IMG/VR virus record: IMGVR_UViG_3300045391_007588
Location: 4,079 to 68,078 of that record
Origin: a virus
Length of the DNA stretch: 64,000 nucleotides
Reading direction: 5' to 3' (one strand)
Part shown: positions 37,301 through 49,288 of the stretch, piece by piece
Layout of the letters: each line of letters opens with the position of its first letter
Numbering within the stretch: the stretch's first letter is position 1
Notes under the pieces: generated by a model
Database searches by the model: none
What the model saw: only the letters and a program-made list of their open reading frames with translations
Told to the model about the DNA's origin: nothing
Made by a program: the position numbers and the translations under genes

Positions 37301-40300
37301 AACCGAAACTGATTGAGTTGACGGGAGTATCGCTACCGGAGTTGTACCACTTCTCGGCCGTATTGCGATTTAGTCTGTCGTACTCATAAACGATCTTGCG
37401 GCCAAGCCGGTCGACGCGTTCGACGAGATTGCCATGCCCGTCGTACTTATACGTCCTGGTCTTACCAAGTTGGTTCGTTTCCAAATACGGGCGATTGACG
37501 GGATCATAGGCCCACGTAGTCGTGTTTCCGTCCGGGTCAGTCAGTGACGTTTGATTGCCGACGGCATCATAGGTATACGTCGTGACGGGCGAGGGAAGAT
37601 CCCCTTCACCATCCGGATCGGGCTGCGTTTCGGAAGTTTTCCGGTTTAGAGTGTCGTAAGAATAGGATGTAACCTGGCCAAGCGGGTCGGTTACCGAACT
37701 CACGTTATTGTTCGAGTCGTAAGTATAGCCAATCGTTGGGCCAACCAGTGATCCATCGCTCGGATCTGGCGCACTCATGCTTGTGCGCCGATTCAGATAA
37801 TCATACGAATATTGAGTGACGTTTCCCAGCGGATCTGTCTGGCTAGCCAAATTGCTGTTCGTGTCGTAGCCGTACAACGTCGTGATCGTGCCGGAGCCGT
37901 CGGCATTTGGCTGTGTCATCGACGTACGACGGTTTAGATTGTCGTAGCCGTAGGTCGTGTGATTTCCTTGTGGGTCGATTACTTCGGTCAGGTTATTATT
38001 GGCGTCGTATTCGTAAGTTGTCGTGATGTAAGACGCTGGCGTTGTTTGCTTATCCTGCTTTGTCTTCGTCATCCTGCCCAGATTATCGTACTCATAATAA
38101 GTGGTACGTCCGGTCGGATCGACTGTTGATGTCAACAATCCGTCCGTATCGTAATTGTAGTAAGTGTAGACGTTAAAACTCCCCGTCGCTGGGTTTTGCG
38201 AAAGCACTCGATGCAAATGTCCCAATACGTCGTACTCATAAATTGTACCCGAGTTAGGATCTTGTACGCTCGTTATTCTTCCCGACGGGTCGTAGGTGTA
38301 TGCAACATATGCTTGAGAGTACCCGACGCTGGCCCCGCCGCTCCAGTACGGCGTTAATTCTGCCTTCTCGCGACCAAGCATATCGTATTGATATACCGAC
38401 TCAAATCCTCTCGCATCAGTTACGCGATACAGGTTCCCAGCGGCGTCGTAACTATTTGTAGTTGTGGGATGAACATACGGAGTCGTACCGTCGGGATCCG
38501 GCAAGAGCGTTGTTACAAGCCGATTGGCTTTGTCGTATTGGTATTCAGTAGTGTTCGACAGAGCATCGGTCATGAATCGGACATTCCCGACACCGTCGTA
38601 GGCGTAATTGATCACCGGCGCCAGAAGCGGGTGGTCGGAACCGTCCGGATCGGCGCCCGTAACGGAAGTCGCCCGCCCAGCGCCGTCATATGTGTAGGAC
38701 GCCGAGTTCCCGTTTTGATCAACGGAAGTTTCGATCAAGCCCCGTGAATTAAGCTGCTCGTACGCTATTGGGGCGTCCAGTGGCCCATCGTCATCTGGAT
38801 CGGGGTAGGTGGTCGTCGTTAGGTGATCTTCAACACCATAGGAAATGGTCGTCACGTTGCCCTTGGCATCCGTCTGCGTCACAACTTGACCGAGGTTGTT
38901 GTAGGTAGTGCTCAGCACTGGTGAATCGAGACTTCCACTCGAACCATCTGGGTCGGGAAGCGTTGTTTGTGTGAGTCGTCCACGAAAGTCGTATTCCATT
39001 TTCGTTTCATTAGCGTCGCCATCGATCGAACTGGTCATGTAGCCATCGCCGACTTCACCTTCGTCGTATTCGTACTCGGCTTTCTTGACTAGTTGGCCAG
39101 GCTCAGAGGTCGACCAAGGATGTCCATTTGAGTTCGTGTCGCTAGAGCCAATCCACTCGCTCACCGTCCGTCCAAGCGTGTCGTAGACAGTGCGAGTAAT
39201 CCTGGCCACCTCCATAGCCGGACCGGCTACTTTGATCGTGCGACCCAGATCGTCGTATAGGTAACGCGTGGCGTCGTAGTTGGGGTGATCGACTCCAGAC
39301 GTATTTTCTGTACCAAGGTATGGAGTGTCTGAGTAAGTGATTCCGGTGAGGGAGAAATAGTTATCGGTCTGAGCTTGGCGGCCGAAACTGTCAACGTAGG
39401 TACGGCTCAACCTTTGGATGTGGCTTGCCGTGATCGATTCAGATCCATCGGGTCGATTGCTTGAATCCAAGTTCGGCATATCCGACGTTGTTAATTGCTC
39501 GGTGTAGCCATGCGCGCGGTCTTCTCGCGTCACGGCCGTCGGATCTGTGGGCTTGTGCGTCGTATCGTTCCACCCGGGGTAAACACGTACTTCATTGTCC
39601 GCATCATTGTAAACCGTATATGTGACGTTGTTGTTCGCGTCAGTCATCTTGACGGTGCGGCCCCTGCTATCCACGTCGTAGGTTGTCGTCAAGTGCGAGC
39701 CACCGTCGGTCGGAGTCTCCAAATCATCAGGAACGTCTGACATTAAGTCGGTGTCGACATCGGTAATCTGCTGAATTACGGCGCCGGTTGCTGAATCGTA
39801 GGCGGTGAAGTTTAAGTAGCCCGCTTCATCCACATGCCAGGTCGGCCGCCCGTACGTGTCATAATACTGGTATGTAACCTCGTGTGCCGGCTCGGTGCGC
39901 TTCTCACGTGATTTTTGCCCGCCCTCGTAATAGACGTACTCGTACTGCGTCGTTTGATCACCTGTCGCCGTGGTCTCGTCCTTTGAATAGACGGTGTGAG
40001 ACGCGGAAAGGACAATCGTGATATCACGCGCGGTATGAGCGACATAGGTATCACGCGATTGAACGATCGGTGTTCCCAACTCACCCTCGCGAATGGCTAC
40101 TTGTGCCAGGTAACCATACACTGAGCCATTTTCCGAATTCGTTGACGCATAGTACGAATAGTCAGTGATCAGCCCGTGACTGTCGTCCAATAAAGTGAAA
40201 TTTCCGTCGTCGTAACCCAAAAGATCCGTATAAAGGTTGGCGTCATAGTTAAGAACCGCCGACGGCTCTGCCTCAAAAAGCAGTCGGCCCCTATTGTCAT

Positions 40301-42578
40301 ATCGATAGAAGGTCATCCATTTCCTTTCCGTCGACGAGCAAAAGCCACCGCTGCCTGGGTCGTCGAATACCTTGAGCATCACCTCCCCCATGAAATTGGT
40401 GTAAACAATGTTGCGTGTACCGTCGGGGCGGCTTTCGATCGTACGTGCTGTCCAGTGGTTATAATCTGACGTTGTCCAGTCCGGGTCGTCGCTGAACGGC
40501 TCGTAGCTGTAGCCAATTGAAACAGGATCAGATGCGCCCGGGACTGCTTCCTCTGAGACGGTCTGGTCAGCTGTGTACTTAAAAAAGTGACCGGCAAACG
40601 GCGCAAGCTGCTCGTCCGAAACAGTAAAGGATGTAAGCGGCGTGCTCAACTCGGTGGCGTAAGTGGTCAGTCGATCAAAGGCGCTGCCCGATACTACGTA
40701 TTTCAATCCGTGCTGGTATCCGACGGTCTGACCATCGACTACCATGTCGTCAGAAGTGTAATAACGATAGTAGGACGTATTGAGAGTATTGCCGTCGCCA
40801 TCCCGCGTAGTCACCTCTTTCAGATCGTGAAGATTGCCGTGTAATTCGTCATGACCGTAGTAGTCATACCTGGCTTGCTCTATGAGCTGAGGTTCTGAAT
40901 CGCCAACTTGACGTACCAGCCAGACGTCACTTACCAGACCCGCATTGTCCAATAGGGGGCCATTGTCGTCACTCTCCCAGTATTCAAACGTAAGCCACTC
41001 AGCAATCCCGCCGGATACGCGCTGTGTGTAGCTTAAGCGCCCAAAGACGTCGTAAACGTAGGAAATACTATTACCGTCCGTGTCTTTGTATGCTTGCAAT
41101 TGTCCTTGCAAATGGTTGGGAAGGCCCGAAGAGAATCCATAGAAGTACGACTGCGAACCAGTCGTGTCGGTGAATAGCCATGTGTCATAAGTTGTGTCAT
41201 GAACGAGCGTCTCTTGCAAGAAATTAGGGACGAAAGTGCCGTCCACAAGCTCGCCAGGTCGGTATTCGCCAGTGTTGTAAACAAAATATGACGCCGAGTG
41301 TCCGTTACTGATCACGGCAAGTGTGCTGTTAGTGGACCCGACACTGACGCTGACGCTCACATTGATCAATGTTGGCTGCTCATCGATTACCATTCCATAG
41401 CCGAAAAACATGCCAGTTGCGTATCCAGGTGCGTTGGTCCAGGAGCGAGATATGCCCCAGGGTAAGCCATCGGCATCAGACGTAATGTCCGCTGCGGTTA
41501 CGAGAGCCGTGCCGTCAGAATATCGAACTGGATTATCTGACCATCCGGCCACGCTGTTCGAATTGCCAACTCCCGGACTGTTGCCGCCTATTTTGCCTCG
41601 ATCTGAACCTTGCGAGCATCCACATCCTTCGAGTATCGGTTTTGGCGCCTGAGGGCTATCGTTGTCGGTTACAAAGCCATTGGTAAGGTATGGATACTCT
41701 GTGGGAACGGAGTACGGTGTCGCGCTTACGACGTCGGTGATGTGTAACTCAATTGTTTCTCCGTCTCCTACACCAGAAGGATCTTCGACGTAATTATCAT
41801 CGATTGCTTTGTACGGCGCTGCTAAGCTTTCCGTTTGGCCGGCCGGAATGTAGAACGTCCCGTAGTGGAGAGGTTTTGTGTAGTCAACGCCCAGCGTGGC
41901 ACTACCGGCCAGGTAATAGCTAATGGTAACGTCGTTACTCAAGTCGCCGTCGCGAAAGCAACCCATGCTGGGATAGTTTTCAGATTGCGTAGCATCGTCG
42001 TGTTCCAAGACCGTTGAAACGCTACACCACAGCGGTGCCGGTGTCGGAGTTGGACTGGGAGTCGGACTAGGCGTTGGACTGGGAGTTGGACTGGGAGTTG
42101 GACTGGGAGTTGGACTAGGCGTTGGACTGGGAGTTGGACTGGGAGTTGGACCAGGCGTTGGACTGGGAGTCGGGCAAGGTGTTGGGGTTGGACAAGGAGT
42201 CGGGCAAGGGGTGGGGGTTGGACAAGGAGTTGGGGATTCTCCTTGAGGGCCGTCACCATCTTCATTTGCACTGAACAGCCACCAAGGCGATGACGGCGCG
42301 GGCGTGGGAGTCACTTCAGAGCGTTCGCTTGAGCGATTCTGCTCGGGCCGGGAACCGATCGCTGCCTGGCCATTGTCGTTACTTTGATCGGGCGCGCCAG
42401 AATTCGACGTATCCGTTACAAAGGAGGTCAACAATATCTGTCCATCTGGCACAGACGCGAGCAGCATGCGCTTTTCAAGCGACTCGAAAAATATTCTCCG
42501 CTTGCGCAAATCCTCGCCCTTTCTCTGCGAACGAAGCCGAGAGCGAATCTCCTTAGCGATCGACGTCCACCAACGCAT
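34395..42578 (-). CDS. Rhs/YD-repeat polymorphic toxin 1 with planctomycete-type leader, Pro/Thr hinge and Calx-beta-like domains
   Basis: [15 protein letters not shown], (PSPT)n, Calx-beta-like [28 protein letters not shown] (DUF6531-like), YD repeats, RWISEDP...DPTGL core end, 204-aa tip. Confidence 0.95.
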   Translation of the reverse strand: MRWWTSIAKEIRSRLRSQRKGEDLRKRRIFFESLEKRMLLASVPDGQILLTSFVTDTSNSGAPDQSNDNGQAAIGSRPEQNRSSERSEVTPTPAPSSPWWLFSANEDGDGPQGESPTPCPTPTPCPTPCPTPTPCPTPSPTPGPTPSPTPSPTPSPTPSPTPSPTPSPTPSPTPSPTPTPAPLWCSVSTVLEHDDATQSENYPSMGCFRDGDLSNDVTISYYLAGSATLGVDYTKPLHYGTFYIPAGQTESLAAPYKAIDDNYVEDPSGVGDGETIELHITDVVSATPYSVPTEYPYLTNGFVTDNDSPQAPKPILEGCGCSQGSDRGKIGGNSPGVGNSNSVAGWSDNPVRYSDGTALVTAADITSDADGLPWGISRSWTNAPGYATGMFFGYGMVIDEQPTLINVSVSVSVGSTNSTLAVISNGHSASYFVYNTGEYRPGELVDGTFVPNFLQETLVHDTTYDTWLFTDTTGSQSYFYGFSSGLPNHLQGQLQAYKDTDGNSISYVYDVFGRLSYTQRVSGGIAEWLTFEYWESDDNGPLLDNAGLVSDVWLVRQVGDSEPQLIEQARYDYYGHDELHGNLHDLKEVTTRDGDGNTLNTSYYRYYTSDDMVVDGQTVGYQHGLKYVVSGSAFDRLTTYATELSTPLTSFTVSDEQLAPFAGHFFKYTADQTVSEEAVPGASDPVSIGYSYEPFSDDPDWTTSDYNHWTARTIESRPDGTRNIVYTNFMGEVMLKVFDDPGSGGFCSSTERKWMTFYRYDNRGRLLFEAEPSAVLNYDANLYTDLLGYDDGNFTLLDDSHGLITDYSYYASTNSENGSVYGYLAQVAIREGELGTPIVQSRDTYVAHTARDITIVLSASHTVYSKDETTATGDQTTQYEYVYYEGGQKSREKRTEPAHEVTYQYYDTYGRPTWHVDEAGYLNFTAYDSATGAVIQQITDVDTDLMSDVPDDLETPTDGGSHLTTTYDVDSRGRTVKMTDANNNVTYTVYNDADNEVRVYPGWNDTTHKPTDPTAVTREDRAHGYTEQLTTSDMPNLDSSNRPDGSESITASHIQRLSRTYVDSFGRQAQTDNYFSLTGITYSDTPYLGTENTSGVDHPNYDATRYLYDDLGRTIKVAGPAMEVARITRTVYDTLGRTVSEWIGSSDTNSNGHPWSTSEPGQLVKKAEYEYDEGEVGDGYMTSSIDGDANETKMEYDFRGRLTQTTLPDPDGSSGSLDSPVLSTTYNNLGQVVTQTDAKGNVTTISYGVEDHLTTTTYPDPDDDGPLDAPIAYEQLNSRGLIETSVDQNGNSASYTYDGAGRATSVTGADPDGSDHPLLAPVINYAYDGVGNVRFMTDALSNTTEYQYDKANRLVTTLLPDPDGTTPYVHPTTTNSYDAAGNLYRVTDARGFESVYQYDMLGREKAELTPYWSGGASVGYSQAYVAYTYDPSGRITSVQDPNSGTIYEYDVLGHLHRVLSQNPATGSFNVYTYYNYDTDGLLTSTVDPTGRTTYYEYDNLGRMTKTKQDKQTTPASYITTTYEYDANNNLTEVIDPQGNHTTYGYDNLNRRTSMTQPNADGSGTITTLYGYDTNSNLASQTDPLGNVTQYSYDYLNRRTSMSAPDPSDGSLVGPTIGYTYDSNNNVSSVTDPLGQVTSYSYDTLNRKTSETQPDPDGEGDLPSPVTTYTYDAVGNQTSLTDPDGNTTTWAYDPVNRPYLETNQLGKTRTYKYDGHGNLVERVDRLGRKIVYEYDRLNRNTAEKWYNSGSDTPVNSISFGYDLAGRLTDASDTSATYHYEYDAVGRRDTESQDISGLGSDGGLTPDIQYSSQYNSDGFRTDLSATINGTADFHNAYTPDNLQRLWKLVQQSPTSGNAVTAKSAKFTYYDDSEIRQIARFAGAIDSELVVNSFYSYDDMGRLKQLTHTKATSAPTSDFGSDAKAGYAYTYDDRSRITSINSYLDDLTDYSYDHTNQLTDANSDSNGDDAYSYDVNGNRAMDGYSTNSNNQLVSDGSHEYLYDDEGNRLSSTDLATGQITRYQYDFRNCLTEVKDEVPIDAPADDGDGTTWNWGSSIVSEVPADPGPIGGGVRYATISITGQSYTLIGGAGADLPGYLDDDLYTNGYPAIEGRSLLFAVSIPSGAPQLQFSLSDGTATVDTDYTNDTEVSYHSGNVMIAGHVIQGPVEIISVPTISNQIQDGARYLHFTAWFTGFSASSITLEGDILDDDGTDPSTIQWGAGAQAAPVAGNPANVDFWTSGPASLEYYVEDFSAHYGVDYVGVVGDSQHWVTLAPSNGAVSTGVEFPTILTDQPSPKNSFKIHVRVAGYPETARTLEADILPHGGYSILQTTTYAYDYANRLVRRTVDDDGPGEDAATDTFFSYDSAQVALQFDGNDYEDLSHRYLWGPAVDQLLADEQLSPPPTGGRSSGDWAGSVLWPLADHLGTIRDLATHDSSTHDTTVANHRLYDSFGNLKSESDDTVDEIFGFTGRLFDEITGLQNNLNRWYDSSVGRWISEDPTGLRPDVNPYRYVGNSSTNHTDPTGLQAAGNQNGGSDSAENDISEVKEFAFGDIKVQIAADASPTENLNLPPSKQIPPIINITVIAADSKAMTGNRWWISFKKIIVVKTSNADKSVEFPFNQNRPWEKDAGFKYATKGVFIDTPGRAVSKKGLSIHLEAYYAVGIVCRSATDPKKVSDLLASFTYSANITDDWTGAKRNSKAAYKIPDGEFPKDWAKLLGVTIDKSLNPK
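42037..42237 (-). repeat. Coding tandem repeat, 12-bp unit (GTTGGACTGGGA on +) encoding (PSPT/PCPT)n
   Basis: Direct reading; in frame within Rhs1. Confidence 0.95.
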
Positions 42579-43470
42579 GTTGCACCTTCCAGGGGATATA
42601 AGCGCGCACAGCGAACCCAAACCGCATCGACTGGTTCTTCAGTGCGGGATTTCACGGAATCGACTACGAACGGACTGAAACTCGGCGACCGGCGGGATTG
42701 TTTTCCGCCTAATAGCGAATTTCTCGACACTCTGCGACGAACCGCCCCTCAACCAGGCAGTCGCCCTTTAGCTGTCTTGACCAGAATCATTTCAAGGAAA
42801 TTACCCCTCGAAAGAAGATTGGGGTGCAAGTAGAGCAATGGGCGAAGAAAAGTCAATCGCTCGTGCGTCCTAAATCTCATTTTTTCCGGAGGTAATATTC
42901 TGCACCGCGCGATCTTTGTGCATTCTTGGTTTGGGAGCCCTGGCACGGCTCGTCAGTCGCAGAGGGGGTCAGCCTCCATAAATCGCTGCGTTTAGGATCA
43001 GTTGAAATTGCGTGGGTTGCGGATTCTTCGCCCGCACCTTGTCTTCCCAAGGTTCGTTGACCCGGACGGCATTATGAAATTATGAATTTGTGGGCTGCGC
43101 CAATTCCCCCTGCACCAATCGAGAAACGACCGGAAGTCGAAAACTTCGAACACTGGTCGGCACCGTCGAACGCCTTCATTTTGTTCTTCGCTTGCTGATC
43201 CATAGAATCTCCCCACAGCATTTTCTATCGAAATCATGAACACGCGGTGACGGGCATTGGCTCCGACAGCCGTTGGTCTCAGCGGAAAGAGATGGGGAAG
43301 CGAGTCGTGAGAAGGAGCGGATGGAGATCCCTGGTTGAAATCATTGCCCCATTTGTGCGTGGGAGCATAAATTAATGACATATCAACAGCCATCGTCAAA
43401 AGCCACTACCTGACGGCCGCTCGGGCAATCCAGTCCTATTGCCCTGCATTCCATGCAACCAGAGACAATC

Positions 43471-44424
43471 ATGCTCAGACAGCCTGTGTTCTTCGTTTTG
43501 GCGATTGCTTCGACCATTGGCATCGGCCTGCGATACGTTGACGCACAGTCGCAGCAGAAGAATACGCCGCTAACCGAGTATGAAGTTGCCCCTTCTCATT
43601 CCAACGTCAAATATGGACCGTACGATCGAAACGTCTTCGATCTGTGGGTCGCAAAACGGGAAAACGGTCAGCCCACGCCGCTAGCCATCTTCATGCATCC
43701 CGGCGCCTTTACCGTCGGCGACAAGTCGAAGATACCGCCGGTTGCCTTGCGGCAGCTTCTGGCAGCCCACATCTCGGTAGCCTCGATCAACTACCGCCTG
43801 CTCCAATCGGGACCGTTTCCCGCACCGATGCATGATGGGGCTCGGGCCATCCAGTTTCTTCGCTATCATGCCGACGAGTACAAGATCCGCAAAGATCGCG
43901 TGGGCTGTTTTGGCACTTCGGCTGGCGGATGTATGTCGATGTGGCTAGGGCTTCACGACGATTTGGCCGATCTCCAAAACCCCGACCCAGTATCGCGCGA
44001 ATCGACACGGCTGACCTGCGCTGCACCTGGGGCAGGGCAATCTTCCGTGGACATGACGACGATCGGTCGGTGGTTTCAATGCGAGAAGTTGCAAGAACAT
44101 CCGTCGTTGAGAGCTTTCTACGGAATCAAATCTCTGGACGAATTAGAAAAACCAGAGATTGTCACCCTGGTCAAAGAAGCGTCACCCATCAGCCATTTGA
44201 CGCCCGACGATCCGCCGTTCTTCGCCAGCTATAGTCAAGCCGACACTCCTGTGGATGAGAATACGCCGCCGGCCACTTGGGTGCACCATCCGCGATTCGG
44301 GATCAAATTGAAGGAGCAGATGGATCGATTAAAGGTGGAGTGCCATCTGCGATACCAAGGCGGTCCTGCCGACCTGCAGTACCCCGGCCCGATTGAGTTC
44401 TTAATCGACAAGCTGAACAAGTAA
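43471..44424 (+). CDS. Secreted alpha/beta hydrolase (esterase/lipase-like)
   Basis: Signal peptide; FMHPGAF oxyanion region, SINYRL, GTSAG nucleophile elbow, C-terminal HH. Confidence 0.85.
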   Translation: MLRQPVFFVLAIASTIGIGLRYVDAQSQQKNTPLTEYEVAPSHSNVKYGPYDRNVFDLWVAKRENGQPTPLAIFMHPGAFTVGDKSKIPPVALRQLLAAHISVASINYRLLQSGPFPAPMHDGARAIQFLRYHADEYKIRKDRVGCFGTSAGGCMSMWLGLHDDLADLQNPDPVSRESTRLTCAAPGAGQSSVDMTTIGRWFQCEKLQEHPSLRAFYGIKSLDELEKPEIVTLVKEASPISHLTPDDPPFFASYSQADTPVDENTPPATWVHHPRFGIKLKEQMDRLKVECHLRYQGGPADLQYPGPIEFLIDKLNK

Positions 44425-44690
44425 GAAGTCAGACGGGCATTTTCGTGGGAGCAGTTTATAGTTCACAGAGGTCCAGACTGCCGAGGCCTTAATACGCGCC
44501 CTCTACTTCCGCCCAACCCAACGTCGAGCCACGCATGACGCTTTTCGGCCGATTGGACCTATTGGGGCCGATTTCCCAGATAACCTCCGCCCACGACAAG
44601 AGTCACCGTAGTGGTGGCAGGAGCCGGCGGGATGGTAGCCAATGAGGGTCAGCTAAAGCCCGCAGCTATGTAGAGAATCGTCCCAATCGC

Positions 44691-45038
44691 TCAAGCCAAC
44701 AAGTCTATCAACTGGTGAGCAGTACCGGCACCGACACGACCAACGAGTTCTTTGATCGCTGCCAGAGTCGCTACTTCAACGCTACCATTGGCGTAAGTCC
44801 GAGCGGCAACAGCGACACCGCCTGCCTTACGCCCCGGCTTCCTTCCTTTCCGACCCTTCTTCTTTCTGGCACCACCCATCAGTGCCTTGATGTTGCTGAC
44901 ATAGGTTGGTGCCACCTTTTTACCGATCTGCTTGCTAACGGCTTCTGCTGCCGCTGTGGGCCCAACATTCCTATTGCCCTTCAAGTATTCACGAACTGCT
45001 TCCGATACGTTGACGCCGCCTTTGCTCATTCTGGCCAT
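44691..45038 (-). CDS. Small basic putative DNA-binding protein
   Basis: AAGGGG RBS; VNVSEAVREYL...YVSNIK helices, KKKGRKGRKPGRK tract. Confidence 0.7.
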   Translation of the reverse strand: MARMSKGGVNVSEAVREYLKGNRNVGPTAAAEAVSKQIGKKVAPTYVSNIKALMGGARKKKGRKGRKPGRKAGGVAVAARTYANGSVEVATLAAIKELVGRVGAGTAHQLIDLLA

Positions 45039-45325
45039 TGGTATTTCCCCTTGCGAATGTGAATGTGACGAGTGCAACGTAGTGCGATGTTTGCAGGGGG
45101 TCAAGGAGCGACAATTCTTTACCGTCTCATTGTTATTTGGGTGTATGGTGCTTTCGGGTGATGTATATGATCAGATCAGCGGCTGGGCGCGCTGCACAAA
45201 CTCGCGTCATGAATCCTCCTAGCCAACTAACGTGGGAGTGATTGTCGCTCAACGCAATCAATTGCACCCTCTTCGGCCAAAAGTACGATTGATCACTTCA
45301 CCCGGAACTTCTCAGGGCTGGACGA

Positions 45326-45697
45326 CTATTGATTTGGGCGCGGCGGAAACATGCTTAAAACGTTCTTCCACACCTGTTGGGAAACGTAGGCCGGTTTATC
45401 GCCCCTCATCGACAGCACAATGAGGCTATTAAAAGCGTGTTCTTCCGTTGCATCGTCCAACGGGCCGAACAATTCGCCGTACCGTAAATATGCAGCGGCT
45501 ATCATCTCCCAAATTTGAATTTCGCTACCGGGATTCACGTCACGGCAAAAGTTCAGCTCGAACGTTTCGTATGGGCCGATATGTTTGCCGATTATTGCGT
45601 AAATTGCTCTCGCGCGTGCTGACAGTTCGTCGTTTAGCGATTCATGTCGAACTGGCCCAAGTCTCACTTCGCTAAGCGGGACTTTTTCGAGTGCCAT
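45326..45697 (-). CDS. Hypothetical protein
   Basis: 123 aa protein-like ORF (FELNFCRDVNPGSEIQIWEMIA). Confidence 0.6.
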   Translation of the reverse strand: MALEKVPLSEVRLGPVRHESLNDELSARARAIYAIIGKHIGPYETFELNFCRDVNPGSEIQIWEMIAAAYLRYGELFGPLDDATEEHAFNSLIVLSMRGDKPAYVSQQVWKNVLSMFPPRPNQ

Positions 45698-45882
45698 GCT
45701 ACACCAATGCGGAGCTGCCTATGTCCAACACTGTTAGTGCCGCTTTACTGTAACCATTGCGGAATCCACTCGCAAACTCACACTGGTTGGTGATCGCTTT
45801 TCAAGAGTGCCCCAGCGGTGCTGTCAGCCGTGTTATGCTGGCCGCAGCACAACCGGACGAAGTGTTCGCGAAAGGACGCCGG

Positions 45883-47124
45883 ATGAAAACCCTAACTGGG
45901 CGAGTGGGCAGGTACGAGATCGTTAAGTACTTGGGCCAAGGAGGATTTTCTACCGTATATCTGGCGAAGGACATAGCTCTGGACCGATCAGTTGCCCTGA
46001 AGATCGAGAAGCAAGCATTCCGGTCCGACTTCGGTGTAGAAAACGAATCGCGCATGCTTGCCAGTTTGCAACATCCAGCAATCGTCGCAGTGCATGACGT
46101 TGGACGTCAAAGCGTGGATGTGGGTGACCAATTACAGGAGCTCAGCTATGGTGTTTTTGAATATATGGAGAGCTCGCTAGAACTCGAACTTAAACGCAGC
46201 CCAACGTCGTTGCCCTATGATCGGCTGATTGAGATCATCGCAAAGATTGCAGATGCCGTGGATTATGTTCATCGACGTGGCTATCTCCACCGCAACATTA
46301 AACCACAAGTGGTTTATCTCGACAGTAATGGATTGCCGAGATTGAGTGGATTTGCGGTCGCAATACGACAGAAGGATTTGGAACAACAGATTGCAGGCAC
46401 GCCGCGATACATGGCCCCAGAAGCATTTTCAGAACCTCAGTCGTTAGGACCTCAATCTGACGTTTGGAGTCTGGGAGTCACATTGTATCAATGTTTAACA
46501 GGGCAATTACCATTTGAATTCGCGAGTTTGGGGGACCTGACGTCGAACTTATCTTCGGGAATGTCAGCAATTCCGCCTCGACAACTTGTGGGGTCCATTC
46601 CAGACCAACTTGAATCCATCTGCCTGAAATGCCTTTCCTTTAAACCGGAAGACCGGTATGCAACGGCAGGTTCGATGGCTTCCGCTCTAAACGACTGGCA
46701 ACGCGGCGCGGTTCCATCGAAGCGGACGCGCGTATTTGTTAGTCATTCCACACAAGATCGCGAATTCGTTGAAAAGGAAATCATTTCCCTGCTTGAAAGA
46801 AATGGCATCCAAACGTGGTACTCTAAGGTGCAAATCAATACGTCGGCACAATGGGAACGAGCTATTGTACAAGGCTTGGAATCGTGTGAGTGGTTCTTGG
46901 TAGTAATGTCGCTCAGGGCAGCACAATCAGAGTGGGTAAAGGATGAATTGCACTGGGCCATAGATAATAGGCCAAAACGGATTATTCCGGTTCTCATTGA
47001 GGACTGCGAGGTACGGCAATTCCACATTCGAATGGCGCGGCTACAGTACGTCGATTTCCGTAGCAATCCCACGGGATGTCACAACAAACTGATGGAGGCA
47101 TTCGAGAACACCATTCAGAACTAA
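45883..47124 (+). CDS. Ser/Thr kinase-like (pseudokinase) domain fused to a TIR domain
   Basis: LGQGGFSTVY, VALK, GTPRYMAPE, SDVWSLG; HRNIKPQV and LSGFA in place of HRD and DFG; C-terminal VFVSHS...SEWVKDEL TIR. Confidence 0.9.
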   Translation: MKTLTGRVGRYEIVKYLGQGGFSTVYLAKDIALDRSVALKIEKQAFRSDFGVENESRMLASLQHPAIVAVHDVGRQSVDVGDQLQELSYGVFEYMESSLELELKRSPTSLPYDRLIEIIAKIADAVDYVHRRGYLHRNIKPQVVYLDSNGLPRLSGFAVAIRQKDLEQQIAGTPRYMAPEAFSEPQSLGPQSDVWSLGVTLYQCLTGQLPFEFASLGDLTSNLSSGMSAIPPRQLVGSIPDQLESICLKCLSFKPEDRYATAGSMASALNDWQRGAVPSKRTRVFVSHSTQDREFVEKEIISLLERNGIQTWYSKVQINTSAQWERAIVQGLESCEWFLVVMSLRAAQSEWVKDELHWAIDNRPKRIIPVLIEDCEVRQFHIRMARLQYVDFRSNPTGCHNKLMEAFENTIQN

Positions 47125-47233
47125 TGAACCTTGGCGGGAAACCGGTTGGCCCAAAAGGCGGGCCGGCACGCTAGACATGTTTACTGACCGACAAGCCAAC
47201 GCAATCGACGTTTGGCCTAAGATTGCGATCACC

Positions 47234-47335
47234 ATGGAAACGCGTATGCCAGCTCACAATGCCGTCAGCATATTTCTAAGTTCGACCTGCTACGATCTCT
47301 TCGACCTACGCCTTGAACTTGCCTCGCGAATGTGA
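47234..47335 (+). pseudogene. N-terminal remnant of a DUF4062-like protein
   Basis: IFLSSTCYDLFDLR followed by an early stop. Confidence 0.4.
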
Positions 47336-48058
47336 CACGTCGCTCTCGCTCAGCCGGCTTATTGCCTAGCTGCCATAGATTTTAGACAACTGGTTCATGA
47401 AGACAATGCGGTGTCCGAATTGACGAAACCAGGAACGTGTATGGCAAGCGTTTATGAAAAGACACGAGATCTTCCGCTCTGGCGTCGCTTCTTACCGCTT
47501 CTCGGCTGATCGCACAAAATGGAAAAAGCAGTTGTCCGGAGCGGATTGTTTCAATTTAATGATGAGTCCTCTGATACCTCTGGTGCGCGCTGGATTACAG
47601 GTCGGACGATATTGTCCCATTCCTCCCGCGTGAGCGACTCGGGCTGGCAACCGACGAAGGCGCCGCTTTGCATCTAGGGCGTCCATGCCAGTTGCACATC
47701 ATCGAAGCGAGATGTATCGCCGACGAGTGTACGGCAATTTAGAAGCGAAGCTGATTGCTTTTCGTCCAGCCCAGCACCAAACTGGCGGGCATGAAAACCG
47801 CCACCATCGATAAATCTTCTCCCACAGCCCCAAAGCAGCACGTCGTTCACGCTGCGTAAGAAAAAGCAAATGAGGGCGGAAAAACTCCGCGAAGTGTACG
47901 TTCGCATCAGAACCGGCACCGGTTCCCATTTGAGCCATACAGCCGCATTGATTCAGGCCGCCATGAAAATCGGAGTCAGCAAAAAAACCGCCAGACGTTA
48001 CGACAGCGAGATGGGACTACGAAAATTGGTTTCAATCCCATGATGCTCGCTCCGCGAT

Positions 48059-48697
48059 TTGGCGGGCGGTAGGATTGAGGGGATGGTCAGGCACTCGATC
48101 TTCAGTCGGCATGGCTACTATTCGACTCCCGGCCGCGTCATAGCAGTTGCGGCAACGATCCTACGTTCGCTTGCAATTGCAATTCTATTTGGCATTCTGC
48201 CATTGCTCTACGGCGGATGCGAGCCACCCTCAACACCAAGTGTCACTGCCCCGCCCGCGCCACCTCCACCGCCCGCGTCCACGGAGACAGGTACGGACGA
48301 GACACTAGCGGTGGATCCGGTCAAAAGGTTGGAGCCATTCGCGAACAATCACGGGAATCCCCAGCCCTCCGCGCCCAGCGAGCAGCCGTCGATCCTTCTC
48401 TCTGCGGGTATTGCACTTCCTCAGTTGCTGCCCGATGGCACTCAGCTCGGGGTGAGCGTGGATTACAGAGTCAGTGGTAGCCTCAAGTCATCTCGCTACG
48501 TCCTGGTCCTGGAATCAAACGCAGGCGCAATCTCTGTGCCGGTCCAGCTGTCATCGGCAGGAGGCACGCTGCAGGGGTTCTTCCCGCCCTCGGTCCGCCC
48601 AGAGCACCAGCCTTTTCGAGCTCGGATCGACGAGTTCCCGGCCACAGGTAAAAGCGTCCCGGCGTCCAATACCCTTCCGCTGCGAACAAGTTACTGA
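48059..48697 (+). CDS. Lipoprotein-like hypothetical protein with Pro-rich linker and beta-sandwich C-terminus
   Basis: Hydrophobic stretch ending LLYGGC, PPAPPPPP linker; start uncertain. Confidence 0.6.
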   Translation: MAGGRIEGMVRHSIFSRHGYYSTPGRVIAVAATILRSLAIAILFGILPLLYGGCEPPSTPSVTAPPAPPPPPASTETGTDETLAVDPVKRLEPFANNHGNPQPSAPSEQPSILLSAGIALPQLLPDGTQLGVSVDYRVSGSLKSSRYVLVLESNAGAISVPVQLSSAGGTLQGFFPPSVRPEHQPFRARIDEFPATGKSVPASNTLPLRTSY

Positions 48698-48747
48698 CGG
48701 GAATTGGGGCCCGCAGTGGAATAAGAGGCACTGTAGAAAGCTCACCG

Positions 48748-48981
48748 ATGCGTTTCCGCCTCCGCACGCTACTTGGCCATGCTGTAGGACCGGCAGTCTG
48801 GATTCCGTTTTTCGCGGTGATGGGCTATGGCCTTTGGTTTCGCGAATGGTACGGATATATGATGGCGGCGGTGCTTGCAGGAACGGTAATTGCGCTTTGG
48901 ATTGCCTTGTATCGTACCTATCGCACGTCGGACGCAGAGCTTGAGCGCATCGCTAGGCAATGCGTCGAGAACGACGAATAG
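48748..48981 (+). CDS. Small membrane protein with RFxLRTLL leader
   Basis: MRFRLRTLL start, two TM segments. Confidence 0.55.
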   Translation: MRFRLRTLLGHAVGPAVWIPFFAVMGYGLWFREWYGYMMAAVLAGTVIALWIALYRTYRTSDAELERIARQCVENDE

Positions 48982-48985
48982 GCAA

Positions 48986-49282
48986 ATGCCCCGCTACAAA
49001 CTCCGCACGCTGCTGATCGTACTGGCGATTGGGCCGCCGGTGTTGGCATGGGGCATCCCGGCGGTACTGTCCCTTCCGAACATGCCGGGGATATACATAC
49101 CCGCTTGGGATTTCACGTCGCATGTCATGGACAATCAGTCTTATATGATTACGACCCCAACCAGGGACGGCAAGATTGTCATTGGAAAAAACTCGTATGG
49201 TCCGGTGAAAGCCGGTGATCAAATACGCCTTGGTCCCGGCGACCACGTATTTGTTAACGATCAGCTTCGCTCGCCGGAGTAG
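48986..49282 (+). CDS. Small exported protein with RYxLRTLL leader
   Basis: MPRYKLRTLLIVLAIGPPVLAWG, then a soluble beta-rich domain. Confidence 0.65.
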   Translation: MPRYKLRTLLIVLAIGPPVLAWGIPAVLSLPNMPGIYIPAWDFTSHVMDNQSYMITTPTRDGKIVIGKNSYGPVKAGDQIRLGPGDHVFVNDQLRSPE

Positions 49283-49288
49283 GGAACC

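Noticed and set aside
42037-42237. CRISPR-like array
   Set aside because: Contiguous 12-bp units with no spacers, in frame in Rhs1; no cas genes in the window
42640-43450. Coding gene 42998-43399(-) or a structured ncRNA upstream of Rhs1
   Set aside because: The ORF is not protein-like, and I found no convincing conserved stem or repeat by eye
47470-48040. Transposase remnant (ISAzo13-like LDEKQ word)
   Set aside because: Only a few residues resemble it; no continuous frame, DDE motif or terminal repeats
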